The notes beneath the pieces are model-generated. The model saw only the letters and a list, made by a program, of their open reading frames with translations. It was not told the origin of the DNA and made no database searches. 64,000 nucleotides of DNA from the human T2T-CHM13v2.0 reference genome, Homo sapiens, in NCBI RefSeq assembly GCF_009914755.1, contig NC_060931.1; one strand, given 5' to 3'. A program made the position numbers and the translations under genes. Positions 17,663 through 32,852 of the stretch are shown here, in pieces; the stretch's first letter is position 1; every line of letters begins with the position of its first letter.

Positions 17663-18664
17663 AAGAATATTACAAAACAGCAAGGTAACTTGTTACACAG
17701 TATATGACATGTCACATTTTTAAAATGATATAAATGTTACATTAAATAAAGAAGGAGTGTTCTGAGACACTGCCACTGCGCAAACCTGGGCACTTTACAG
17801 ACGTGCCAAGAGAAAGGGTTTGCATCACAGCCTGCCTGAAACTTTGGTGGAAGCACTGAGAAAGTTAGTGAGTAGACAGCTGTCCAGAGGAGGGGAGAGA
17901 GTGTTTCCTTTGGAGGAATAATGATTATTGCAGTCTTTTTCACCCCAGTGCCCATCTGTGCCCTCCTTTTTCATTTATTGACATGCCACTTTTGTGCCAT
18001 GGGCGGTCACCCGTGAAGAAAAACATTTCACTTACACCAAGGGGAAGAAAACTTCAAATCCATTATTTCTTTTCAGTTTGGAAAGTTTAATCTGTGAGCA
18101 TAGCTTGTGTTTGGAGCCTAAGATAATTGAGCTTCTTTCTCCTGCTAACTTTTTTATTTATGATACTTAAGAGGAGGTCAAGCTAGGCAGTTCAGCTTAG
18201 CTTTTGATGTGTGCCCAGGAGAGGGTGGGATGGGGGATGCAGCAAAAAGTAATAATAATGATACTAAGAAAAGAGGTCACTGTGTGTCAGTTACTATGTT
18301 TCTGTTTAATCCACATAACTAGTCTATGAATGAATAGGTCCTTTTGTTAGTAGCCTTCTTTACAGATGAGCAAATTGAGGCTCAGAGGTTTATTGACTTG
18401 CTCCAGGTTACCTGCAACCTTGTATTAATTTGCCAGGACTGCTGTACTGGATGGCTTCAACTCATCTCAGATTTCTAGAGCCTAGAAGTCTGAAACAAAG
18501 ATGTTGGCAGACCACGCTCCTTCTGAAGAATCCTTCCTTGCCACTTTTAGCTTCCAGGTTCTGGTGTTTGGAGTGATACAGCTACAAGCTAGACATTCCT
18601 TGGCAGGTACATTTGGCTTGTAGCTGCATTACTCCAATCTCTGCCTCTGTCTTCACATGACCTT

Positions 18665-19458
<794 letters not shown>

Positions 19459-20654
19459 TAAAAGCATCAGATCTTGTGAGAACTCACTATTATAAGAACA
19501 TCATGAGGGTAACTGCCCCCATGATTCAGTTACCTCCCACTGGGTCCCTCCCATGACATGTGGGGATTATGGGAATTAAAATTCAAGATGAGATTTTGGT
19601 GGGGACACAGCAAGACCGTATCAACCTTCTTCCCTCTGTGTGTGTCTGGGCATTCCCCTCTTCTTACAAAGACAGCAGCCATTGGATTCATCCTAATCTA
19701 GTAGACCTCATCTTAACTTAATTACATCAACAAGGACTACATTTCCAAATAAGATCACATTCTGAGGTTCTAGGTGGACATGTGCTTTGAAGGGACACCA
19801 TGCAACCACTGCAAACTCTGTTCTGTCTGACTTCAGAGTCATGTTCTCTTCACTGCCTTTTACAGACTTGAGCATGGAGGGTCTTTGATAGAGGCATGCC
19901 CAGGCTGGAGGAACGAAGCGAAATGGGGGGCAAACTAGATCTGTGAGCTGGGAGAAAATTCCACCAGGAGGGTGATGTTTGGCTTTGTTGATGTTCTTTA
20001 TGTTATTTGGCATGTAAACTTTCTTGATGGTGGTGTCTTCATTGGGGGTTATACCTTTTATCAAAATCAAATAATCTTCCGGCCCACTAAATGATTTTTG
20101 TTTCTCTATCCTCTGGATAGTAACCTGGATAGTTCATATTTTCTCTTTTTGTTTTCCCAATATATCTTGGGGCATCTTTTAATTTGTCTGGGTTACTGGG
20201 TTATATGCATGCTTTGTACAAATGTATAGAGTAGCATTTTCTGCCCCATTGTGAGCTTTTTGCCTTTGGATCAGAGAGAGAGGGAGTATTGGAGGGAGGG
20301 AGGTCTCTGAGGTTGTGGAAGAGACAGGGGACCAGAGTCCAGGATAATGAGATGGGCACAAGGGACTTTATTCATTCTGGGCTCAGTGTGAGGCCTTTGG
20401 TGTATGTTCTGTCCTTTCATCTTCATGGTTTCCCTGTGCAGTAAGTGTGATTGTCCCCATCTGACTGCGTTGGAAACTGAGGCTTCAAGAAGTGCTAAGG
20501 AGCTTCCTCTGTGGTCACGTGGCTCATTTGTGGCATAGGGGATTATGTCACTATGCCATCCTACCTCTACTTTCCACCTTCACCAAGAGAGGAATCAGGG
20601 GATGAGGGTAGGCGTGAAAAAGATCAAGATTAGGACATTGACCTATGAAGACCC

Positions 20655-21140
20655 TCTTGGTTGCAAGTGACAGAAAACCCGTTTAACCTAGCTGAAGCAC
20701 AGAAGGGAAGACGCAGAAATTTATTAGCGCTTATAACTGAGAAGTTCAGAGTTGCCTCTGGCTTTAGATAAGGCCACACTCAGGAGTTTAAGCAGTGGGA
20801 CTCTGCCCTCCAGTCTGTCCTGTAGACAGGCTGTCTCCAGTGTGATAGATAAGACAGCAGTAGATTTTCACCCCTGGAGAAAGAGGGTTTTCCTTGACAG
20901 TTCCCTTAGAGATGTCCTAGGAAAGTCTCTGGTTTGGTTTGAGGCACATGCCTGTCTGAACCCATCCCAGGGGATGGGGGCCTACAGTTGGTGACTGGGC
21001 TGGTCTGCATCACATGCCCACTTGGAGGAAGTAGTAGGGTCACCCTGATCCCCATGGGTTGGGGTTCACACAGAGAAGAGGGGATTGGTTTCCATGAGGA
21101 GGAGAATGGGATGCTGGACAGATGAGAACCACAGATGCCC
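20655..21140. mobile_element. Old MLT1 (J/K-like) LTR
   Basis: ttggttgcaagtgacagaaaaccc start motif. Confidence 0.55.
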
Positions 21141-23184
21141 AGAGATTGTAGTGGTCTCTCCAGGAGACTAGATAGTTTCAGCACAGAAATGCATAAAGGC
21201 AAGGAAAAGCAGGAACCATGGGACCAGCTATTGGGAATGCCCAAAGTTGCCAGGTTTGAGGAGCTGTCAGAGGTAGAAGAAACCAAAAGCGGGCCCAGTT
21301 GAAATAAACACAGTGTTATTCAACAATGTTAAGTACCAGGGGCAACTCCAGACACCAACTCTGGGCACTCTCTAGTCTAAGACTGTGATCCTGATGGAAG
21401 GTTTCTCAGTCAGCCCAGGTGAGGTGGTAGGATCACTTGAGGCCAGGAGTTGGAGACCAACCTGGCTAACATAGTGAGACTGTTTCTATAATTTTTTTAA
21501 AGAATGTCATTTAGCTAGAAGGATTTGGCTTACTTTAATTTCAACTCATGTGCAGACAGGAAAATAGCCCATTTCCTGGAATCTGCAAACATCCAGATGC
21601 ATGAGCCAGAGAAAGGAATTTCAAAACGGCTGCTGCATCTTTCACTGGATTTGTTTCTCATGTGCTATGATGTCCCAGAGAGTGCAGCAGGATCCATGGG
21701 CGGCTTCTCCATCCAGCTCTAATGAGCATCATGTAGAAAGGCATCATCCCTTATTATTTGTTATCTCTGACACCTCTCACTTTTTCCTTTGTGATCATAT
21801 CACTGAATTGAGCCCTCTCTGAAGTCTACTGCAGTAGCAACGTGCCCCTGTTTCCTTAACGCTGGAAAATCGTGTTGGTTTTGAATTTGGGAGACAATGA
21901 TATATATTTCCAGATATCAGAAAAATCCATTTTGACCTAACCACCTCCCAGTGTGGGAACAATTTATGGTTTTCTACTTGATGTTTTGAAAATTCATTTG
22001 GAAATAGAAAAAGTGACCCATAGATTTCAGGTTAGTGTCGTGGGATGAAGATGAGCTCACCTGCTGGAGACAATTCTCTTCTGGAAAAAATCCGATTCCC
22101 TCTCATCCCTACTAGGGCCCAGGTCACAGGTTGCTTCTATGTGTTAACTCTTTCTTCCTCAATGTTCTCCAAGCCTCTCCTTGCTGATCAATGACAACGC
22201 CACCCCCTTGGGCTCCTGTGCCATCCCTGAATCTTGCTTTCATGGGGACAAATCCTACAAGCATCCACATGCTTAAGGACGCTGCATGAAATCCCAAAAC
22301 CCATTCAGTGTGATGCTTTCTTTTGTGAACGAAAAAGCTCAGACAAAAGCATGTTCATCCTAATGACGACTGGCAGGTTTGTGCCTCCTGACGACGAGAG
22401 CCACTCTGCAGCCCACCTTATTTCCAGTGCAGTTTAGCAAACATCTGGGGTTTGAGATGCAACCAGATGGGAACCTTTTAGCCTGGTGGGAGAAGAAGTA
22501 ATCGAATTTACACAGCAGAATGAAGGAACAGCAGTGAAGGAAGAGTAGCAATGCAGAGAGAGAAGGGAAAAGGAGAGGGCCATGTTATTCTTTGCCCCCG
22601 CAAGGCTAGCCCAGCATTTAGCACTGTGTCAGGCACATAGCAGATGCCCATTCCGTATTTGTTGAATGAGTGAATGGAAGGGCTTCTGCCTGTTTAGACA
22701 ACCAGTGTGTGTATGTTCCAAAAGGAAAATCCTGCATAAGGGCAGAGGAGGGAGGAATATTGTGCAGATGGGTTGAGGGCTGAAGAATGTCCTCAGGACA
22801 TCCTGAGTCCTATGGACTCAGGACTGGGGTCCATCTCAAGGGAGGGCTGTGGGTGGGGGGATGTCTGCTTCTATGGGGAGGGTCAGGTTTCAGGTGAAGC
22901 AGATATGGTAGGGGGAGGTTACTGAGAAAAGGCTAAAGCCTCAGAGAAGTTACCTGCTGTGGGAAGGTCTCAGAGGCTACCTGGAAATGATTTGCCAGGA
23001 GGAAAGGGATGGAGAATTCGCTAGGAGGGAAGGAGTGCTAGGCAATGTGGGGGTGAAGGCTCAAGAAAGGACCGAAGGCAGGAGGGGTTCTGAGAGTGAG
23101 CAGGACATATAGAGGGTGGTGGCTTAGCTGGGGGATCTGCTCAGAGCCAAGGTGGGACCAGAACACATGCCCCACTGCCACTCG

Positions 23185-23476
23185 TTTTTTAATTTTAGAG
23201 ACAGGGTCTTGCTCTGTTACCCATGCAGGAGTGCCATGGTGTGATCATAGCTCGTGGTAACCTCAAACTCCTAGGGTCAAGTGATCCTCCTGCCTCAGCC
23301 CCCCCAAGTAGCTGGGACTGTAGGTGTGGGCCACCATGCCTGGCTAATTAAAAAAAAAATTTGTGTGTAGATGGAGTCTTGCTGTACACCTTTCCCAGGT
23401 TCTTTTCGAACTCCTAGGCTCAAGGGATCCTCTTGCTTCAGCGCTTGGATTACAGGCATGAACCACTGTGCCCAGC
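23185..23476 (-). mobile_element. AluJ-like SINE
   Basis: Diverged antisense Alu. Confidence 0.88.
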
Positions 23477-23937
23477 TCTCCCTGCTTTTATTTTATTTTT
23501 TTGTGGTTCAAATTTTTGTCTTGGTTTAATTATGTTGATTATATTGATTTTATTGTATTACAGCCACCTGCAAATTATTCTCATACCTACATAGAAATAA
23601 ATAAAAATAATAGTTAAAAAAATAGTAGACTCTCCAAGCTTAGAAAGCCAGGCTGTCTTCTCTCTCTGGGAGTCAGCATCAGTGGACACTCAGGTAAGAT
23701 TTAAAGAAAATCTATTCCAGATGATATGGTTTGGCTGTGTCCCCATCCAAATCTTATCTTAAATTGTAGTTTCTATATTCTCCACCTGTTGTGGGAGGGA
23801 CCTGGTGGGAGGTAATTGAATCATGGGGGCAGTTACTCCCATGCTGCCGTTCTTGTGAGTGAGTTCTCATGAGATCTGATGTTTTTGTTTGTTTTGAGAC
23901 AGAGTGTAGCTCTGTCACCCAGGCTGGAGTGTAGTGG

Positions 23938-24399
23938 TGAAGGGTGAAGCCAGCTGGACTTCCTGGGTCGAGTGGGGACTTGGAGAACTTTTCTGTCTTA
24001 CAAAGGGATTGTAAAATGCACCCATCAGTGCTCTGTAGCTGCAAGAGGTTTGTAAAACGCACCATTCAGCACTCTGTAAAATAGACCAATCAACACTCTG
24101 TAAAATGGACCAATCAGCACTCTGTATAATGGACCAATCAGCAGGACATGGGCGGGGACAAATAAGGGAATAAAAGCTGGCCGCAGGGAAGCCCGCAGCT
24201 GCAACCGGCTCTGGTTCTTTTCGGTGCTGTGGAAGCTTTGTTTTTTCGCTCTTCACAGTAAATCTTGCTGCTGTATATTCTTTGGGTCCACGCCGCCTTT
24301 GAGATGTAACACTCATAACACTCACCCTGAAAGTCCGTGGCTTCATTCTTGAAGTCAGCGAGACCACGAACCCACCGGAAGGAACCAACTCTGGACACA
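23938..24399 (+). mobile_element. LTR12-family (HERV9) solo LTR, short LTR12F-like type
   Basis: TG...CA termini, gtgaagccagctggacttcctgggtcgagtggggacttggagaac start, 4-bp TSD gtgg. Confidence 0.9.
24086..24175 (+). promoter_or_regulatory. LTR12 promoter: three CCAAT (NF-Y) boxes, GC box, AATAAAA TATA-like element
   Basis: CCAAT at 24086, 24110, 24134 (24-bp period); GGGCGGGG 24150-24157; AATAAAA 24169-24175. Confidence 0.7.
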
Positions 24400-25094
24400 G
24401 TGGCATGATCTCGGCTCTCTGCAGCCTCTGCCTCTTGGGTTCAAACGATTCTCCTGCCTCAGCCTCCCAAGTAGCTGGGACTACAGGTGTGTGCTAGCAC
24501 ACCCGGCTAAGTTTTGTATGTTTAGTAGAAACGGGTTTCACCATATTGGCCAGGCTGGTCTTGAACTCCAGACCTCAACTGATCCACCGGCCTCAGCACC
24601 CCAAAGTGCTGGGATTACAGGCGTGAGCCACCACACCAGGCTGAGATCTGACGGTTTTATAAGGGGCTTTTCCCCCTTCTGCTTGGCACTTCTCCTTAGT
24701 GCCACCATGTGAAGAAGGATGTGTTTGCTTTTCCCTCCGCCATGATTGTAAGTTTCCTGAGGCCTCCCAGCCCTGCAGAACTGTGAGTCTCTTAAACCAC
24801 ATTCCTTTATAAATTACCCAGTCTTGACTATGTCTTTAGTAGCAGCGCGAGAACAGACCAATACACCAAAGTATTTCCTTAAGAAGTTCTAGAGGCAGGG
24901 TTCTATAAGCTTTCATAGCTGGAAGATTCTCTTCTATGTAACTGCTGTTGTTTAAATTCATTTTCTTTCAGTCCTTGGTGGAGATGCTTTAAAATCATTG
25001 CATTTGTTTTTGTGAAAGGAAGTTCTGAGCTTTTTTTTTTTTCTTCCATAAGTGAGTTAACTGATGGGTATAAAAAACTTACAGGACTCAACTG

Positions 25095-26401
25095 GTGGGG
25101 TGGCATCCAAGGTGTTATGGGGCCTGAAGCTTACACAATTTTGGCTCCTTCTTTAAGAAAAATAATGCAAAATTCATAATACACAATTAGGTGCAAAAGT
25201 AAATATCTATTTTGGATGAGAAAAGAAATCATAACAAATTGCTAAGTTAAAGAAAGCCGACAAATACCGCAGAAATTACAAAATTCACAAAAATAATGTA
25301 AGGTTTTTATTAACTACCGAATACACCTTTCTGATCCTTTTTTTCCTACCTTCTTTGACTACATATTATTTGACTACCTCTTTATTATGACAGCAATTCG
25401 GAATAGCCTTTTCTATTAATAAAGAGAATAAAAAGGTAATTCATTCCTTCTTCCAGTATGGTTGGCTAATCCTTGCTTTTTTCTAAGAGTTGTAATTGAG
25501 AAAATTCACTTTAGCTTCATAACTCAATTTGCGTATTGTCATGTAAATTTTTAGGATTGTTGTAAAATCTGGACCAACCTCTCTCCACTTGCTATGTGAG
25601 CTGCAAGATTATCAGGCATTTCACATTTTCTTGTGGTCACTTGTATTAAATGTTGTTATGGACTGGATGTTAGTGTGTTCCCAAAATTCATATGTTGAAA
25701 TTGTAACCTCCACAGTGTGATGGTATTAGGGGGTTGGGCCTTTGGGACATGATTAGGTCATAGGGTAAAGCTCTCAGGAATGGGACTGGTGCTTTTATAA
25801 AAGAGACCCCAAAAAGATCTCTCATCCATTTCTGTCATGTGAGGACACAGCAAAAAGACAGTATCTATGAACCAGGAAGTGAGCCCTCACCAAACACAGA
25901 ATGTGCTGGTGCCTTGGTCTTCAACTCCCCAGCCTCCAGAATTGCAAGAAATAAATGTTTGTGGTTTAAGCCACCCAGTCTATGGTATTTTTGTTATGGC
26001 AGGCTGAACAGATTAAGACAAATATTCTTTGAATTGAGGACATTATGAAGTATTTGTGAAGCTATTTCTAGTTCCGGGCAGCTCAGCAATATATGGAAGA
26101 CTGGAAACCATCATAAACACATCCCATAAAGCCAAACTAAATGCGTTCCCAACCTAAATTCCGCAAAGCCAAATCCTGAATAACTGTGTGCTCCCCCAGC
26201 CCCTACTTGGGGAGAACTATAACACAAGGAAAACTGGGCATTCAACTGATTGCAATAAAATATCTTGCTTTTGCAAATTTTACAGAAGCATATGATTGTG
26301 TGCACACATTACTAGGGCCCTTTCAAGGCCTTAGAAGGGGCCCATGTAATTGAAAGACCCTGAACTTAAGCCTCAATAGCTTCACAGTAAATCTTGCTCT
26401 G
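25095..26401 (+). mobile_element. hAT DNA transposon relic with MER53-like ends and a long interior
   Basis: ggggcctgaagcttacacaatt...ctttaagaaaa 5' end; gccttagaaggggccc...agcttcacagtaaatcttgctctg 3' end. Confidence 0.6.
25654..26020 (+). mobile_element. MLT1A-type solo LTR
   Basis: tgttatggactggatgtt...aaaattcatatgttgaa...ttaagaca. Confidence 0.85.
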
Positions 26402-26889
26402 CCCACGTTGATTACTTCTGGAAGTGAATATTTACTAAATCCCCCTGGAGTGAAGGAACCCTGGGTGTTTTCTCTATTAGACCTTTTACATTTTTTTAAG
26501 TTTCATTGAAATAGGCATTAAGAATACTTGGCCCAAATGATAATTACATTCCCCTTACATCTGTGTAGTGGTTTGCCGTTTGCAAGAGTTCACAATGCTT
26601 TATTTTCTTTCCTCTCCACTCCAGCCCTGTGAGCCAGACAGGGCCAGTATTATTCCCGTTCGCAAATAAGGAAACACGCTCTGGGCTTGCCAGGGCTTTT
26701 TCCATCTGCCTCTCAGGAGGAGCCTTTGCCGCAGCAGGCTGTAGGTGTGATGAAGGGAGCATTGGGCACTAATCTGGAGACCCACGATCGATGCTAGCTC
26801 CAACATGAACTGGCTGTGAGTCTTGTGTTAGGCCTTCCTGAGCCTTGGTTTCCTCATTTGTAAAGGAGGGATTATCTCCTAGAGGGGCC

Positions 26890-27540
26890 TTGTTTTTGTT
26901 TTTTTTTTTCTTTTTTTGTTTGTTATGTTTTTGTTTGTTTGTTTGTTTGTTTTTTTGAGACAGGGTCTCACTCTTTGGCCCAGGCTGGAGTGCAGTGGTG
27001 GTGCGATCATGGGTTGCCAAAACCCTGACCTCCTGGGCTCAAGCCATCCTCCCATCTCAGCCTACTGAGTAGCTGGGACTACAGGCGCCTGCCACTACAA
27101 CTGGCTAACGTTTTTGTATATTTTATAGAGACACGGAACTCCCCATGTTGCCCGGGCTAGTCTCGTACTCCTGGGCCCAAGTCAAGTGAAAGTGCTGGGA
27201 TTACAGGCATGAGTTACTGCGTCCAGCTGCTTTTAAGTTCCTTTTTGTTTTGTTTTTTGAGACAAGGTCTCACTCTGTTGCTCAGGCTGGAGTGCCGTGG
27301 TGCAATCAGGCTTCACTGCATCCTCGACCTCCTGAGTTCAAGCGATCCTTTCACCCCAGCCTCTTGAGTAGCTGAGACTACAGGCATTGTGCCACCATGC
27401 CTGGCTAATTTTTGTATTTTTGTAGAGATGAGGTTTTGCCCTGTTTTCTGGGCTTGTCACAAACTCCTGGGCTCAAACAATTCTCCTGCCTTTACCTCCC
27501 AAAGTGCTGGGATTACAGGTGTGAGACACCACACCCGGCT
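26890..27540 (-). mobile_element. Two tandem AluJ-like SINEs
   Basis: 26890-27228 (internal deletion near head) and 27242-27540 (TSD tgcttttaag.tcctt). Confidence 0.88.
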
Positions 27541-27684
27541 GCTTTTAAGGTCCTTAAAGTGCTTAAGAAACACTTTTATCTACTAGATAAGAGGAGGGTT
27601 CCCACCTCCCTCTCGTCTCATAGCCAAATAGGAGTAAGAGGTGCCTTCACTCTCCTTATTTCTCTCGCTTCTGTTATCCATTTA

Positions 27685-28595
<911 letters not shown>

Positions 28596-29187
28596 TCCTT
28601 TCTGGCATCATTCTGACATCCCATGAGTCTGTCTTTTCCTGACCATAAGCCCTGAGCGGGCTGGATCCTTGTGGAAATTAAGTATGTATGTGCTCCTCTG
28701 ATTTCGGAAGCAGGTTGCAAACTTTCAGAGGTGTTTGAACATCCTGAGTCTCTCCAGGGTGGTCTTGCAGCATGCTCAGGGGCCCAATGTCAGTGCAGTG
28801 ACCTTGCGTTTAGATGGGTTCCTGGGCTGTGATTTTGCTTCCTCATTTTCTGCTTTGATGCGTGTGTTCATCTGGAAATCCAGAGGGTCCCAGAACTGGG
28901 TCAGGGCAGCACACATTGCTGGAGGAAGCCCAGCTAGAGAGTGCAGGAGAGGAGAGTTGGTTGATGCTGAGAAATATTTTTTTGCTGGATCCATTTCTTC
29001 TGATGAAGGTAGCCATTCCCTCGGGATTTTCTTTAGGTGATGTATTTAAAAGATCGCTGAAACATGATTTGGCTCATGTGCTTAAAAACCATCAACTACA
29101 TAATTTAATGTGCCCATTTTATGTATGGGGAAATTGAGGTCTGGTGACGACAGGTCCAGGGTCAAACTGGACTCCTGATATCTTTTT

Positions 29188-29290
29188 AAATTTGACCCTT
29201 CAGCAGTACAGGGGTTGCAGGTACCAACTCTCACAGTCAAAATTTTGTGTGTGACTTTTGACTCCCCCAAAACTTATTTACAAATAGCTT
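29188..29290. mobile_element. MER8/Tigger2 end fragment
   Basis: tttgacccttcagcagtacaggggtt...acttttgactcccccaaaactt. Confidence 0.6.
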
Positions 29291-29604
29291 AAGGTTAAAA
29301 CTGGAGCATGTGTTTAAGGTTATTCCTCTCTGTGCAGGCATCATCTGACCACGTCTTTTTTTTTTTTTTTTTGCAATCCTTTTTTGTGCCTTGTTATCCC
29401 AATCATTATTGGGCATAATTAATAAGGAAATAATTGAATTAAAATATTCTGGAGATTTTGCTTTTATGTACATTTACTGGATCATACACGTAAATACAGA
29501 GATATATTTATATGTAGTTTGGTTTTTAAATTTTTGTCTTTCTTTTTCCTTTTTCAAGATTTTATGTTTTTCTCGTGATAAAGTTCACATAACATCAGAT
29601 TCAT

Positions 29605-30301
<697 letters not shown>

Positions 30302-30994
30302 CTAATTCCAGAACATTATCATCACCCCAAAAAGAAACCGTGTACCCATTAGCAGTCAAATATATTGGTTTTGAAGATTTGCTAAATCATGGTGCCAAGA
30401 GTGTTTTATACATGTGTGTGAATGTGTGTGTCCTCTTGTAATGGGAAGACATCTTTCGCTTTATGACAAGAGTCTTTGGAAAGGTCTTTGTCCAGGCGGG
30501 ATGCTCAGGAATATACTCATCTAGGGAGCTGCTCTGGATTGCGATGCCGTCTTGCAGGTGGCTGATGCTATAAAAATACATGCAGAAGGTCCTTTGGGAG
30601 GCCCTGAACAGAGGCTGTAGGAACCTTGGGGAGGGAGAATAGATGGCCCGGGGAGGCTACCCTGCTTTCTTAGTCCCTGTTGAGCCCAGGCCTGGCACAG
30701 CATTAAAGAGAGCTGGGCTGCAGAAAGAGGCTGTCTGTAAAACAGGCAGGGAGCCAAGGTCCTGGGTGGCTGGTCTATTAAAAGCTCCCTTGACAATTTC
30801 GACAAAAGCATCAGTATTGGCTGGTCCCATCCTGATGTGGATCCTTAGCTTCTGTGTCTGAAAATCCTCCCTGAAGTTCCATTTGCATGTATTATTCCAT
30901 TCTCTATGATTCCCTGCTGTGGGTTACTGTTCTACAGACTCTTATGCTCAGACTCCAGAGAGCCGTGTTTGTTTATAAAAGGCGGTAATTGGAA

Positions 30995-31248
30995 ACAGTG
31001 TGGTTAGAGAGACATAATATTGGACACAGACCTCATCTTGGCTCTCTGCCTCGCTCTGTGACCCTGGCGACATCACTTACCTTCTCCGAGCCTTGGTTTC
31101 CACATTGAGAAGTGAGTTGGAATAGTGGATCTAGAAGTAGTAATACCTTCTTCATAGGACTTATGTCAGGATTAAGTGAGATAATGCATGGAAATACTTT
31201 GGCATAGTGCTTGGTACCCAGCTTAAGTGCCCAATAAATGGTTACCAA
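30995..31248 (+). mobile_element. MIR, near full length
   Basis: tgtgaccctggcgacatcacttaccttctccgagccttggtttcc...ggattaagtgagataatgcatg. Confidence 0.85.
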
Positions 31249-32777
31249 CAGAAATATACCCATGATTATTAATATATTAACCTTAATAAATTAATGTATC
31301 CATCCAGACTGAACTCCCAAATAGCCAATTTCCCCAACACCTTTTACGAAATAGCAGAGTCGTTAATTTGTAACACCTTCTACATCATATATTAATTTCT
31401 CTTTGGTTGGCCGGTGGACTCGGTTTTGTTCTGTGGATCTGTTTTTGATCATTTTATTAGAAACATTTAACTTTAATTATTATGTCTTTTAATTCTTGTT
31501 ACATTCCTATTCTTCCAGAATTCTTAGGCATGATTTTGTTGGGTTGACCCCACGTTTTACTGGGGTTGTGATTAGAATCCAATTCCATGATAGCTAAATC
31601 TTGGTCTGTGAAAACTGTCTAACAATATTCAGTCATTTCATCTAGAAAGAGACTATATTTATTTATTGGTTTCAGTATTTTACATCTTTCTAAGTATTTA
31701 TTGCCAGGGTTATTCCTGGACAGTTTTTATTTGTTAACGTTTTCACTGGCATTTTATCCCATTATTTGTTCTAATTGGTTTTTGCTTTAGGAGAGGGGTT
31801 GATTTTTAATTTTAATGTTATGCATACCTTATATCCAATCGTATCACTGGATCTATATACTAATTTTCTGAGTTATTTTGATTATCTCTTGATTTTGAAG
31901 CATGTAATCATATAATTGAATATGCATCTAATAATTTTATCTGTTATGAACTTGATTTTCTCTAAATTTATCTTTTCGATTGTTTTAAATTTCTTGCATT
32001 TATTTATCAACCTAAAATTCTTTTCTGTTTTCTGGTGCATTAATTTCTGCTTTACTCTTATTTTCCCCTTCCCAGTTCTTTCTTTGTTTCTCAAACTGTT
32101 TCAACAGAGTGGTTGGTTCATTTATTTTTCATGGTTTAATAATAAAAATAATTAGGGCTGTTAATTTCTTTCTGGGAACATGTAACTCTGTTATGGATTA
32201 TTTACATTTTAGATATTTTCAAGCTAGTTTATAACTGTAGATTTGATTTTCTTCTTGAACTAATAATTTTCCCAGTTCCCCTTCTGCAGTGGGATTCCGG
32301 GAGAGAGTAGTCAACAGCTGAATTAACAAGTCTAGAAAGCATTCCTAGAAAAGGTACCAGGCTGAGAAACGAACTGGCTTAGAGTAATGGGTTGCACCAC
32401 AGGTAGGCAAGTGACAGAAAAACAAGAATACATAGGTTTTGCTGGACAGACATCAGGCACACCTTGGTTGGGTGTTCTAAGTGCTGGGCTGCAAAAGTCT
32501 ATTAAGCATGTCAAGTCTGTATAGGCAATAGTTGATTAAAGGATTATTTTCAAATCCTCATGTTGTTTGGATTTGTTTTGTTGGACATCTTATTATATTC
32601 TTATTTTATTGTGCTGTAGTCTGAATGTGAACTGAGCATTTTTAACAGTTTTATTGAGCTATCATGGACATATAAAAATTGTATATATTCAAGATGTATT
32701 GATATATGCATACATTGCAAAATGACCACAATTAACCAAATTAACATATTCATTATCTCCACATAGGTACCATTTGG

Positions 32778-32814
32778 GAGAGGGAGAGAGAGAGAGAGAG
32801 AGACAGAGAGAGAG

Positions 32815-32851
<37 letters not shown>
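32778..32851. repeat. Compound microsatellite (GA)n(GT)n
   Basis: Direct reading. Confidence 0.95.

Positions 32852-32852
<1 letters not shown>

Larger units (their letters stand above)
23881..24643 (-). mobile_element. AluS split by LTR12
   Basis: Alu halves 23881-23937 and 24400-24643; flanked by gagatctga on both sides. Confidence 0.88.
23722..24865 (+). mobile_element. THE1 solo LTR hosting an Alu that hosts an LTR12
   Basis: tgatatggtttggctgtgtcccc...aataca; TSD ccaga/ccaaa. Confidence 0.88.

Noticed and set aside
23915-24406. 163-aa ORF
   Set aside because: Antisense frame of the LTR12; the repeated SADWSIL units are its CCAAT repeats
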